A DNA stretch of 64,000 nucleotides from Eremomyces bilateralis CBS 781.70 (Eukaryota): the NCBI GenBank assembly GCA_010015585.1, contig ML975160.1; one strand, given 5' to 3'. This document shows positions 11,640 through 21,650 of the stretch, piece by piece. The position numbers and the translations under genes are program-made. The notes beneath the pieces were generated by a model. The model ran no database searches, was not told the DNA's origin, and was given only the letters and a program-made list of their open reading frames with translations. The first letter of the stretch is position 1, and the number at the start of each line of letters is the position of its first letter.

Positions 11640-13094
11640 ATGACCACGGACCGAATCAAACTCGAGCCTGCAGATCTTGTTGGTGTTGACATCAACCATT
11701 CCATCCCTACAACCATGACTCCTCTCTCCTGCAGTGATGGAAGCAGGCGTGATTCCATTTCCTCCTCCCAGTTCTCCTTTCAATCCATCCCGTCTAGTCA
11801 TTCTAGTCTTGCTTCATTCCAATCGGGGCCAGAACCTCGTACTCCTCCGTCCTTCCATCCTCCCCCCACGAGCGAATTTTCTGTATATGGATCAGAGACT
11901 CAATTCGAAATCATCCCGAGTTCCGCATGCTCCTCCAAGTCTCGAGGCTCTCATGACTTGGTGTCGGGTCACTGTACGCCAACAGAACCACCCGCTACTC
12001 AGTCCCGGTACCCTCCCCATGAGGTTGATCTTCAATGGCCCGCCTCCGCACGAGATCACGCTCTCAGCAACGACTGGGTATTTACGGGTCCCTCACAGTC
12101 CCAAGGGCTCACACTCCAATCCCCGCACGACTATCAGTCACTATTTGATCCCAGTTTACCTGGGAGATACATCGAAGATCAAAAGAGCTGTCTTCTCACT
12201 CCTGAGCCAAATCAAGGAAGCACGTCGCCCTTTGGACAATACTCAAACACCTTTCATCACCAGTTACCTGGCAGTGCTGGAACGGGCGGGTTGGCATTTG
12301 AGATGCCGCAAGTCCCGACCTCTTATTGCGATGAGATGGACCTAGGACGATCGACCATTATTCCCTCCCATACCTTTATGACTCCTCAGCCAATGGACAC
12401 CGATCCAGTCGACCTCAATTATGACATCCATACTGTGGAGAGTCATACCTCGGCCATGTGGTCTCCCGTATCAGACGACGGGCTCCACGACTTTAGGCCT
12501 ACCCATTCCATCCGGGTCTCCAATGGGCGGAAGACCATCAAGCCAGCACGACGCCCGAAAAAATACCCCCAGCGCAAGCCAAGCACGCGGAGGCCGGGCA
12601 AGGAACAAACCATCCCCTTGAGGTCTGGTCATATGATGGAAGTCGTCATCGGAGAAAATATCCGACCCGGTCCGGATGGGCGGTTGGAAGCCGACCGGGA
12701 CATGTCTCCCAAGGAGCAGCATCAATGCAGCTTTACCATCACGACCCCCGACGGCGTGAGGCAGCGATGTGAGAGAACGTTCAAGAGACAGGAACACCTC
12801 AAGCGACATGAGAACACGACTCATTCTGACCGGAAGCCATACAAGTGTCCCGTGGTCTTCAAGGCGACCGAGAACGGTCGCCGCAAGTCCTGTGGTCGGG
12901 AGTTCAACCGACATGATAACTTGTGTGAGCATTATCGGACGCACATCAATCCGAGCAATGCTCCCCGCAACGCGAGATTGACGCCGGCCGAACTCATCGA
13001 TATCATCCGGAAGAACACGGATCCCGAGCATGTGAAGAAGGCCATTCCGAAGTTAGAGAAGATCGTTGGTCAACTTGGTATTCCCTATCATTAG
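11640..13094 (+). CDS. C2H2 zinc-finger transcription factor, BrlA/Msn2-type fingers
   Basis: Long Ser/Pro-rich region followed by two fingers, C..C..FKRQEHLKRHENTTH and C..CGREFNRHDNLCEHYRTH. ATG at 11640 is the first after a likely splice acceptor at 11607, so the true start may lie upstream. Confidence 0.85.
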   Translation: MTTDRIKLEPADLVGVDINHSIPTTMTPLSCSDGSRRDSISSSQFSFQSIPSSHSSLASFQSGPEPRTPPSFHPPPTSEFSVYGSETQFEIIPSSACSSKSRGSHDLVSGHCTPTEPPATQSRYPPHEVDLQWPASARDHALSNDWVFTGPSQSQGLTLQSPHDYQSLFDPSLPGRYIEDQKSCLLTPEPNQGSTSPFGQYSNTFHHQLPGSAGTGGLAFEMPQVPTSYCDEMDLGRSTIIPSHTFMTPQPMDTDPVDLNYDIHTVESHTSAMWSPVSDDGLHDFRPTHSIRVSNGRKTIKPARRPKKYPQRKPSTRRPGKEQTIPLRSGHMMEVVIGENIRPGPDGRLEADRDMSPKEQHQCSFTITTPDGVRQRCERTFKRQEHLKRHENTTHSDRKPYKCPVVFKATENGRRKSCGREFNRHDNLCEHYRTHINPSNAPRNARLTPAELIDIIRKNTDPEHVKKAIPKLEKIVGQLGIPYH

Positions 13095-13621
13095 TACCAG
13101 GACGTGGGACAATGGGCTAGGGTCATCGGTTTTTTATGTTTTGATGCTTAGCGACCAAAGACTCTAAAGACTCATTATCAACCACTATGATACTAACGTA
13201 TTCTCTATTGTCTAATGTTTCACGAGATCCTCGTTACATTGTATAGCTTTCCTTCGATCTGTTCACTCATTTTTCAAAGAGGATTGTAGTCGAGCTTGGT
13301 GACAACTAGAATTATGGAATAATAGGAACTGGAAATGAAGGCAATGGAATTGAAGCGGTCTCCTGTACTTCCTGGAAATAATTAGATTACTTCCGGTTCA
13401 TCATCTCGGCCTATATTTTAAGACAACTTTGATCCAGCCATCTAAATCCTGTGCAACTGAAGAACAATGGAATGATCATCTTGTGCAACTTGACCCAGAG
13501 TTACGACACCGAGTCTCATCGATGGGTGCACCGTGTTAGTCTGCGACTCCCATGCCACCACCCGAATCTTCACCCACATCGCCAACACCAAAAATAAATA
13601 TCTCCTTTCCCCAATAATAGC

Positions 13622-13628
13622 AAAAAAA
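13622..13628 (-). terminator. RNA polymerase III oligo-T terminator of the tRNA gene
   Basis: T7 run on the minus strand 2 nt after the discriminator base. Confidence 0.8.
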
Positions 13629-13630
13629 GT

Positions 13631-13712
13631 CGACCAGCACGGGATTCGAACCCGCAACCTTTGGTGTGCTTCTACACCGAAAACCAACGCGCTACCATTG
13701 CGCCAACCAGCC
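13631..13712 (-). tRNA. tRNA-Arg (anticodon UCG) with 10-nt intron
   Basis: Minus strand reads GGCTGGT TG GCGC AATGGTA GCGC G TTGGT TT TCG G [TGTAGAAGCA] C ACCAA AGGTT GCGGG TTCGAAT CCCGT GCTGGTC G. Full cloverleaf with A and B boxes. Intron at 37/38 (13667-13676), anticodon at 13678-13680. Confidence 0.92.
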
Positions 13713-14060
13713 TGAATTAGAAGAATTAGCATATTGTGGATTATAGGGTTTGTGGAGTGGAGGTTAGGCGATGTGCGAATGTTTGTGGATCACGTGCAGG
13801 ATTGTTGGAGGAGCCCCTTAAAAATATCTTGGGCAATGGAAATTCATTACCTTAAAGGGTCTTTGCATTCGAATCAAAGGAAATATTGAATGGGTTTAAC
13901 GGGATGTTAGGGGCAATAGAATTATAGCAGTGTTGGAGAAGAAATGTCCTTTGATCCAAACAGTTTGGAATTTATATTAACTTCCCGCTAGCCCAACTAA
14001 TTAGACTTGATACCTCTTAAGTCATGGCTGTGGTAAATGATTCACATTTACATTTTCCAG

Positions 14061-16034
14061 TCAAACCGCCAGTTCAGGCGTATCTATCTCCGCATCACTG
14101 CTTTTTACTCTCTGAATACCCCTCATTCCCGCCTCCGCCTGCCTCGCATCATGCACCCGGTATCGTTCCTGTTCCTCCGCTTCCTGCTCCGCCTTCCGCC
14201 GTTTTAATTGCTGGCAGAACTGACTCCTCGCCCGGATCTGCTCGCCGTAGGAGATGAAGACGAACGGAATCACGCACATGGCTAGGCTCAAAAACCCCAA
14301 CACCGAGCAAGCCCAGGCCACGCCCAGCTTGTCATACATTGGTCGTGTCGCGAACGGTAACACCGCACCGAACATGCTCCGCGAGGTGCTAGAGGCGGCC
14401 ATCGCCGACGCGGCGAAGATCTCGTAGGCATCGACGACGTAGTTGAGAAGGGCCATGAAGATCAGGAGGTAGCCGAAGCCGAAGGGGAGGCCGGCCAGGA
14501 CGGGGACGATCCAGTGCACGTCCGGGCGGGCGCTCCATCCGACCCAGAAGATGGCGACGACGAGGAACGGGCCGGCTATGGATGCCAGTGGGAGACGGCG
14601 GTATTCTTCGCGGTGGGCCCAGGGTTTGTTTTGTTTCTGAGCACGGAGAAGGAACCCGTCGTATAGTAAGTAGAGCCCACAGGCAAAACATGCTCCAATT
14701 GCGATGGGGAGGAACGTGAGCCCTTCCTCGCCCATGGTGAATCCGTAGGTGTCTAGAGCCGTGAGTATGGGTTCGATAGACGACTGCTGGGACTTACTGA
14801 TATAGATGATTGGATATGATTGGAGGAAAATATAGAAGATTGCATAGACCAATGCGAGGTATAAACAAGAAAAGAGAACGATTGCTGCGCACATTAGCCA
14901 GGGTTTCTCAGTTCAATGTTAAGGGGCTTACCTTCAAAGCAGATCATCCGTATCGGTCTCGTCAGAACGACCGTGAAGATATGCATCATGCTTTTCTCCT
15001 CGAGCTCCAACGGGGCCAAGATGTTCGGATCTCCGGTCTCTTTCCTCAACTTCTGAGCCTTCCATTTCAAAATCAACGGCCCGTACGTCTCGGGAATAAA
15101 CGCAAGCACAAAGGTGGTCACCCCCGCGAGAATCAACGCCACCCAGAACGCCCATCGCCATCCCACGGGGTCCAAGTACCCTCCAATAATGGGACCGAGG
15201 ACGGGACCGAACGTCGTGCCAGCCATGAATAGGGCCATGGCTCGACCTCGGGACACTGCATCAGCGTAGATATCTGCACAAACTCTGACCAAATTCGTCA
15301 GCGGGCCACCTATGGCGTGGAGAATTCATTCCACATACCCTCCAAGCACCGCGATCGGACACGACGCAAAGATCCCCGCAAGGAGTCGGAAAACTATGTA
15401 GGAAGCGTACGTCGGCGCCACGGCACATGCAAGCGTGAAGACGGTGAACAAGGCAAACGCCACGAACATGACGACTCGTCGCCCATAGCTTTCGCTAAGC
15501 GGTCCGAACAAGAGCGGGCCGACGATGTAGCCGACGAGGAAGATAGACGTGGGGAGGACGAGCTCTGCTTGCTCCGTGATGTGGAAGTAGTTCGAAAAAC
15601 TGGGGGTGATGCCTGCGGTTAAGGAAGAGGAAATGGTGGAATTCATGACGGTGGATACGGGAACAAGAAGACAGTATGATTTCTTGAGCTGGACGGGTGT
15701 TAGTGGCTGGGGTACAGGCCATGGACGAAACCCATACTGTGCTCCAATTATATGGATTGGTTGGGTCATTCTTTTCGAAATATATAATGGTCCTTTGCAC
15801 GGAATTGGATGAAGAACTTGGAGCAGAAGGTGGGTTGGATACCTCCTCTTTGGAGCCATGCTTTTCATCGAAGGCTTTTGCACCTGAACATATTAGCAAT
15901 CTATGAGGTTCTTGATACGCTGACTTACCATTCATGGTGGTATAATCCTGCGGTACGTTCTTGCTTATTTCAAGTTCGGCTCCAGAACGATCATGGGGAG
16001 GAGCCCGGGGCTCTGCAGGCTGCGCACTTTCCAT
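14061..16034 (-). CDS. MFS transporter, DHA1 (drug:H+ antiporter) family, multi-exon
   Basis: DPTNPYNWS, GPLLFGPLSESYGRR, GPVLGPIIGG, WRWAFW, PETYGP, EYRRL, AASAMAA..RSMFGAVLP. Many hydrophobic helices and short introns. Confidence 0.9.
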
Positions 16035-16602
16035 GACTTACAATTATGACCTTCATCGAAGGACGAAGCTATTAAGAAAACTCTTTCATTTGCAAGACAA
16101 TAATATGAACATGGCCGTGTACAAGTACCGTATCAATTACCGAGCCGGATGAATTGTAAGTTGTAGTTTGAGCGTCAGGTGCAGAGATATCGTCAAGAAC
16201 GGACCCATGGGCCATTCCCCATACCCCAAGGATCTAAGACCCTCAGGCTTCAACAAAAACCATCGATGTACGCGGCTAGCTAGAGTTTAGCATCAGCGCA
16301 CAAATGCGGGATGTGGACTTTTCTCGGTTATAACGGCAACCTATGCTCCCAGTCCAATGAACCTCCTCCACATTCTTCGTTGCTGACTTTAGTCATCTAT
16401 CATCATCGCGATGTGAAGTGACGAAATTGATCCTAGACAATGGCGAACGGTATGAAGAGGGACCATGATTTTGGCCAAACTTGTTGGATATCGATACCGA
16501 AACATGTTGTAGCGATGTCCGATGTCTCCAGGTGAAATACTTGCTGCGCGAGCATGACTCGTGTTTCGTATCAAGATCCCCCATCCTCGAGTCATGCTTG
16601 GA

Positions 16603-17219
16603 TTATGTTTCCAAGTTGATATTTCTTCCAAACCGCGCATAGAGCGCAACTTTTAGCTCCTGCATCTCGTCACGGATTTCACTGAGCTGGTTTTCAGCAT
16701 CGGAAACGTTCTTGTCGATCCGTTTGACGGATGAAGCGAGTAGTTCTTGAACTTCGATCAGGGGGAGAGACACAAAGGTATCTCCGATTTTATACCTGGG
16801 CAAGTATTAGATACCTCCTTTGATATTCGTATTGCACAGAAAGACAAGGTCGATTGGCTTACGGGAACTTGTCGTCCTCGTCGGCGAGCTCGAGCTCGTT
16901 GGTCACTTCCTCGAGGTCCTCCTTATCTTTCTAACCGATCGATCAGCACCTTTCAGATGACCTGAAATCTCGTGGGAAGGGCCTTGAAAACATACTTGTT
17001 TCGTCTTCAATTCCTCCATAAGGGCTTGCTCCCTCTGATGCAATCGGCTGAACCCATTAATCTTATCTTGATCCTCTTTCCGGACTTCCACATCTCCTGA
17101 CGCGGCTTCCTCCTCCTTCGTGAGCTAGAGACTGGTCAGATACCCTGATTATACGACCATATGAAATTTGGTGGAAAATAAGGGGAAAGATAAGTGTAAC
17201 TGACCATGCGACGCTGCAT
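16603..17219 (-). CDS. GIM3: Prefoldin subunit 4
   Basis: MQRRM/LTKEEE..VEVRKEDQDKINGFSRLH, EVTNELELADEDDK, YKIGDTFVSL, LKVALYARFGRNINLE across 4 exons. Confidence 0.92.
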
Positions 17220-17677
17220 GTTTCCCGAGTTTCACACTCAAGTTTCGAGATGGATCATGGACTTTTCAAAAACGAATTGAAGGGAAGTAACGAGGTGTTA
17301 CAGTGTGCTTATAGACGTGTTTCCATGCAGGAAAGCAATATTATAGTGGTCTCCTGTGCCTTGTGAGGCAGTGGAAGACTCCCGAAATTCTGAGATATCG
17401 ATATCAAGATAGAATTGGGGTCACGTGAAAGGCCGGTGTTCAGGCGCCAAGGCAGATGGGATGCTGGCCGCCCCCACGACTCTCATTGAGTATCAAACAG
17501 TCTTACGCCGATGCCTCGACCTGAGCTTCACCTTCATTCTGAATCTTGATATCAAATCTCCCTCGCAGTTGAAGATACCCCATACCCCTCATACGGATTA
17601 TCACGGCTGATATCGTGGTTGTTTGTAATATACGTCCCCCCGCAGTATACATCCCCTCCGCGCAATCGTCGCCCATC

Positions 17678-18434
17678 ATGGGGCAAGCAAACTCCGCTGT
17701 CATCGACAAGATCGTCGAAGGAACGAATTGTATGGTCTTCTATGCCACATGATGTTGGAGATAAACTGACCTTTGGTATTAGTCGATCATGATGAAGTCG
17801 ATCGACTACGAAAACGGTTCATGAAACTCGACAAGGTATGTTCTCCAAGAGGGCCTCAGGGCTATTGTATTCGAGGTTTGCGTTTAGGTTCCCTATTAAC
17901 AAATTCCAGGACGGTTCCGGCACGATCGAGCGCGATGAGTTCCTGTCGCTCCCACAAGTATCCTCAAATCCGCTTGCGACACGCATGATTGCGATCTTCG
18001 ACGAAGACGGTGGTGGCGACGTGGACTTTAAGGAGTTCGTCTCCGGGCTGAGCGCATTCAGCTCTAAAGGAAACAAGGAAGAGAAGCTACTGTTCGCGTT
18101 TAAGGTCTATGATATCGATCGGGATGGATACATCAGCAATGGAGAGCTGTTTATCGTCTTGAAGATGATGGTGGGGAGCAATTTGAAGGATCAGCAACTA
18201 CAACAGGTAAATGGTTCGAACGGGTCATGTCGAAAAGATATATGCTGACAGATTCTCAAACAGATCGTAGACAAGACGATCATGGAAGCGGATTTAGACC
18301 GAGATGGTAAGATCAGCTTCGAGGAGTTCACCAAGATGGTGGAGAACACAGATGTGTCAATGAGCATGACGCTAGGTTTGTCATTCGATTGTCGACGTAT
18401 GTGCATCTACTGACCATTCTTAGATCAATTTTAA
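17678..18434 (+). CDS. CNB1: Calcineurin regulatory subunit B
   Basis: MGQANS (myristoylation Gly), [14 protein letters not shown], four EF hands ([45 protein letters not shown]), ends MTLDQF. 5 exons. Confidence 0.97.
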
Positions 18435-19041
18435 TGCATTGCCTTGGATTATGAATAGCACTTGGCAGTTGGCACATTGCTTTCAGCGTATCTATCCCTT
18501 CGAAAGAGATCATGCGGCGTTGCGTTCTCCCTGTTCTGGAGTCTATCCATACCACTACATGGCCATTTATGAGCCTGCTGAGCTGGCCTCGGTTTGAAGG
18601 ATGGGCGTAATATGGATTGGAATACTTCACTCAACCTGAATGGTACAAAATTGATGGAGTAGATGTTATCGAGCTTCGGTTGATATCCGCACATTTTCCT
18701 TTAATGAGAGCGAGATCTGGCGAAATGAATGAAAGAGCAAATGAACACCCATCATGAAAAGCTTTTGTTAAACTATAAGATCTGATATAAAAATGAGTTA
18801 TCCGTGAGAATGTAATCGTTAACTCGTCATCACTGGTCTCGAAGCCCAACCTCGGCGGGAGCCATAGCACCCCACTACCAGACCAATTCGTCATTTTGCA
18901 TCGTGATTTTGATATTGCGATTCTGGAACTAGCATCTTTTTCATAACCACCCGACAGTCCGCTTTCACAATGCCGTCTAGAATAATTCTATGAATAGCCT
19001 TCCTTAATCCCCCTATACCTCATCACCGATCCCCCATCACG

Positions 19042-20871
19042 ATGGATGCAAAACTCACCCTCGAACTCTCCCGCCTCGATCCCTCCATCCCCTTCCACGC
19101 CTCCACCTCCCACCACCACCATACCTGGGCCCGCACCTTCCACACCCGCCCCGAACTCTACATCCAACCGCAATCCATTGAAGAGATCCAGAAACTGATC
19201 ACCCTCGCACGACGATGTCGCCGCCGTATCGTCGTTGTCGGCAGCGCCCACTCCCCCTCCGACCTCACCTGCACCTCCTCCTGGCTCGTCAACCTTGACC
19301 ACTTCAACCGAGTGCTCAGCGTCGATGACGACTCGAAAGTGATGCGCGTGCAGGCGGGCATCCGATTGCACGATCTGAACGCCCGCGCCGCGGAGCACGG
19401 CCTCACAATGCCGAACCTCGGGAGCATCGACGAGCAGTCGATCGCGGGGGTGATGGCGACGGGGACGCACGGCAGCTCGCTATCGCATGGCCTGGTCTCG
19501 TCGCGGGCGCGGGCGCTGCGAATCGTGCTGGCGAACGGGGCGGTGGTGCGGTGTTCGGGGGCGCAGAACGGGGAGCTGTTCCGCGCAGCGTTGGTGAGCT
19601 TAGGGGCGCTGGGGATTATCGTGGAGGTGGAGTATGAGATGGTGGCGGACGTGCAGATCGCGTGGACGCAGACGATCGTACCGAGCGAAACGATTTTGGC
19701 GAAATGGACGGAGGATCTGTGGACGGCGGAGGAGTTTGTGAGGGTGTGGTGGCTGCCGTATACGGGACGGAGCGTCATGTGGAGGGCGAGTAAAGTTGAT
19801 CCAGACACCGCGTCCGCCGCTACAGAAACATCGACGAACGAAGACGGCTCCTGGTACGCTGGCGCAGTCGGATACCACACCTACCATACCCTCCTCTACC
19901 TCGCGCACTACCTCCCCCCCCTCCTCCCCCTCATCGAACGCTTCATCTTCAGCATGCAATACGGCTTCCGTAACGGCACCACCACCACTGGCGCCGCCCC
20001 CCAGCGCTCCGCCCTCCTCATGGACTGCCTCTACTCCCAGCTCGTCAACGAATGGTCCCTCCCCCTCTCCCGCGGCCCCGAGGCCCTATCCCGCCTCACC
20101 GCCTGGCTCAACGGCGACCGCGCCACCGCACAGCTCCCCTTCGACCCGTCCGGCGTCTACATCCACGCGCCGATCGAGGTCCGCGTCTCCGACACCACCT
20201 CTACATCCGAAGCCCACCCCCGCCCCTTCCTCGACTGGTCCTCACCCTCCGAACCCACCCTCTTCCTCAACGCGACCCTCTACCGCCCGCACGGCCTCGA
20301 GCCTGCCTGCGCGGCGCGCTACTACGCGGCGTTCGAATACCTCATGAAGTCGCTCGGCGGGCGGCCGCACTGGGCGAAGAACTTCTGTAGCGTGGGGAGC
20401 GAGGAGGTGAGGGGGTGGTATGGGGAGGATTTGGAGGCGTGGTTAAGGGTGAGGGGGGAGGTGGATCCGGAGGGGTTGTTTGTGGGGGGGTGGTTGAGGA
20501 GGGTGGTGTTGGGGGAAGGGGAGGGGGAGGGGGAGGAAAAGACGGCGAGGATGCCGCTGGAAGAACGCGAGACGAGCCGCTGGGCACGGAATGGCTCTAT
20601 TCTCGGTCGGATTGCCGCCTGGGCTCGCGGGACGCCGACCGCCTCGGTCGGGCAGTTCGGAGGGCACGGCGGGTGGGAATGGCGCGGAGAGGTTGCGGCG
20701 GAGGACGGACGAAGGCTCGGAAGCGGGAAGGCGGGGAGCGTGAGCCCGGTACTGAGTGATGAGAGCTTTGACGTGATGGTGGGGGCGGAGGTGGAGACGA
20801 GTACGATGTTTGGGAGTATAGGGAGTTTGGATGAGGGAGATGAAGGGGGCGAGACGGACAAGGGGGAGTGA
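19042..20871 (+). CDS. ALO1: D-arabinono-1,4-lactone oxidase (FAD-linked sugar-lactone oxidase)
   Basis: TWARTF, VVGSAHSPSDLTCT (covalent-FAD His), NLGSIDEQSIAG..ATGTHGSS, SLGALGII, HAPIEVRVSD, GGRPHWAK. Intronless. Confidence 0.93.
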   Translation: MDAKLTLELSRLDPSIPFHASTSHHHHTWARTFHTRPELYIQPQSIEEIQKLITLARRCRRRIVVVGSAHSPSDLTCTSSWLVNLDHFNRVLSVDDDSKVMRVQAGIRLHDLNARAAEHGLTMPNLGSIDEQSIAGVMATGTHGSSLSHGLVSSRARALRIVLANGAVVRCSGAQNGELFRAALVSLGALGIIVEVEYEMVADVQIAWTQTIVPSETILAKWTEDLWTAEEFVRVWWLPYTGRSVMWRASKVDPDTASAATETSTNEDGSWYAGAVGYHTYHTLLYLAHYLPPLLPLIERFIFSMQYGFRNGTTTTGAAPQRSALLMDCLYSQLVNEWSLPLSRGPEALSRLTAWLNGDRATAQLPFDPSGVYIHAPIEVRVSDTTSTSEAHPRPFLDWSSPSEPTLFLNATLYRPHGLEPACAARYYAAFEYLMKSLGGRPHWAKNFCSVGSEEVRGWYGEDLEAWLRVRGEVDPEGLFVGGWLRRVVLGEGEGEGEEKTARMPLEERETSRWARNGSILGRIAAWARGTPTASVGQFGGHGGWEWRGEVAAEDGRRLGSGKAGSVSPVLSDESFDVMVGAEVETSTMFGSIGSLDEGDEGGETDKGE

Positions 20872-21650
20872 GTGGGGGTGATGATGGTGGGTGGTTGGGT
20901 GAATAGGGGTGCGTCATGGATGTGTATACGGAAAGAATACAATGTTAGAAGTCTGGTCGGCTTGGATGGGAATGAGGGGAGCGAGCCGGATAAGACGGAG
21001 TGAGGCGATGAGAGGACGCTCGGGTAAATATAGGGGTAGATCACGGATGTATATACGGAACGAACGCAGTCCACATTGGAAACAACTCATTCTGACAGTT
21101 TGGCAGGTAGATCTTAGACTGAACGTCACGGGTGAAATAAGCAAGCTCGTCATTTTCGGCTATCCAGATATCGATACCGGCTCGTCTGCGACGAATCCTA
21201 CCATCCTCATGCATGCATGCCGTGCGGCAAAGTTCCCCCGTCATGACCCGTTTTCCGAGCCCGTACATCGTAGCGTAACATCTAGTGCCCGACCCCGTCC
21301 ACTAGAGAATGGACGCTCGTGGATAGATGCAGCCCGAGAGGACGATCGGGAGGCGCGTCCAATCGACCACCGCATCCGTGAAGCGTCAACAGGAACCCGA
21401 TCCCATCGATGGAACCAAGCGTCCGTCTAAACGCGCTCGCATGTGAATCCTATGTCATGATATGCAACCGTCCAACCGGTCCCATCCGTCCATGCTCCGA
21501 TCCCGAGATCCGGGTGTACCAAGGAAGGGATAAGCGATGTAAGGCGTCCGTCGCGTAAGACAGCAACTCCGTGCGCCAGTGCCTAGTCGTCAGGTGTCAC
21601 CAAATGGTCTCCAGGGACATAGTTGATGCAATTCGTCAAGTCCGTCCGCA

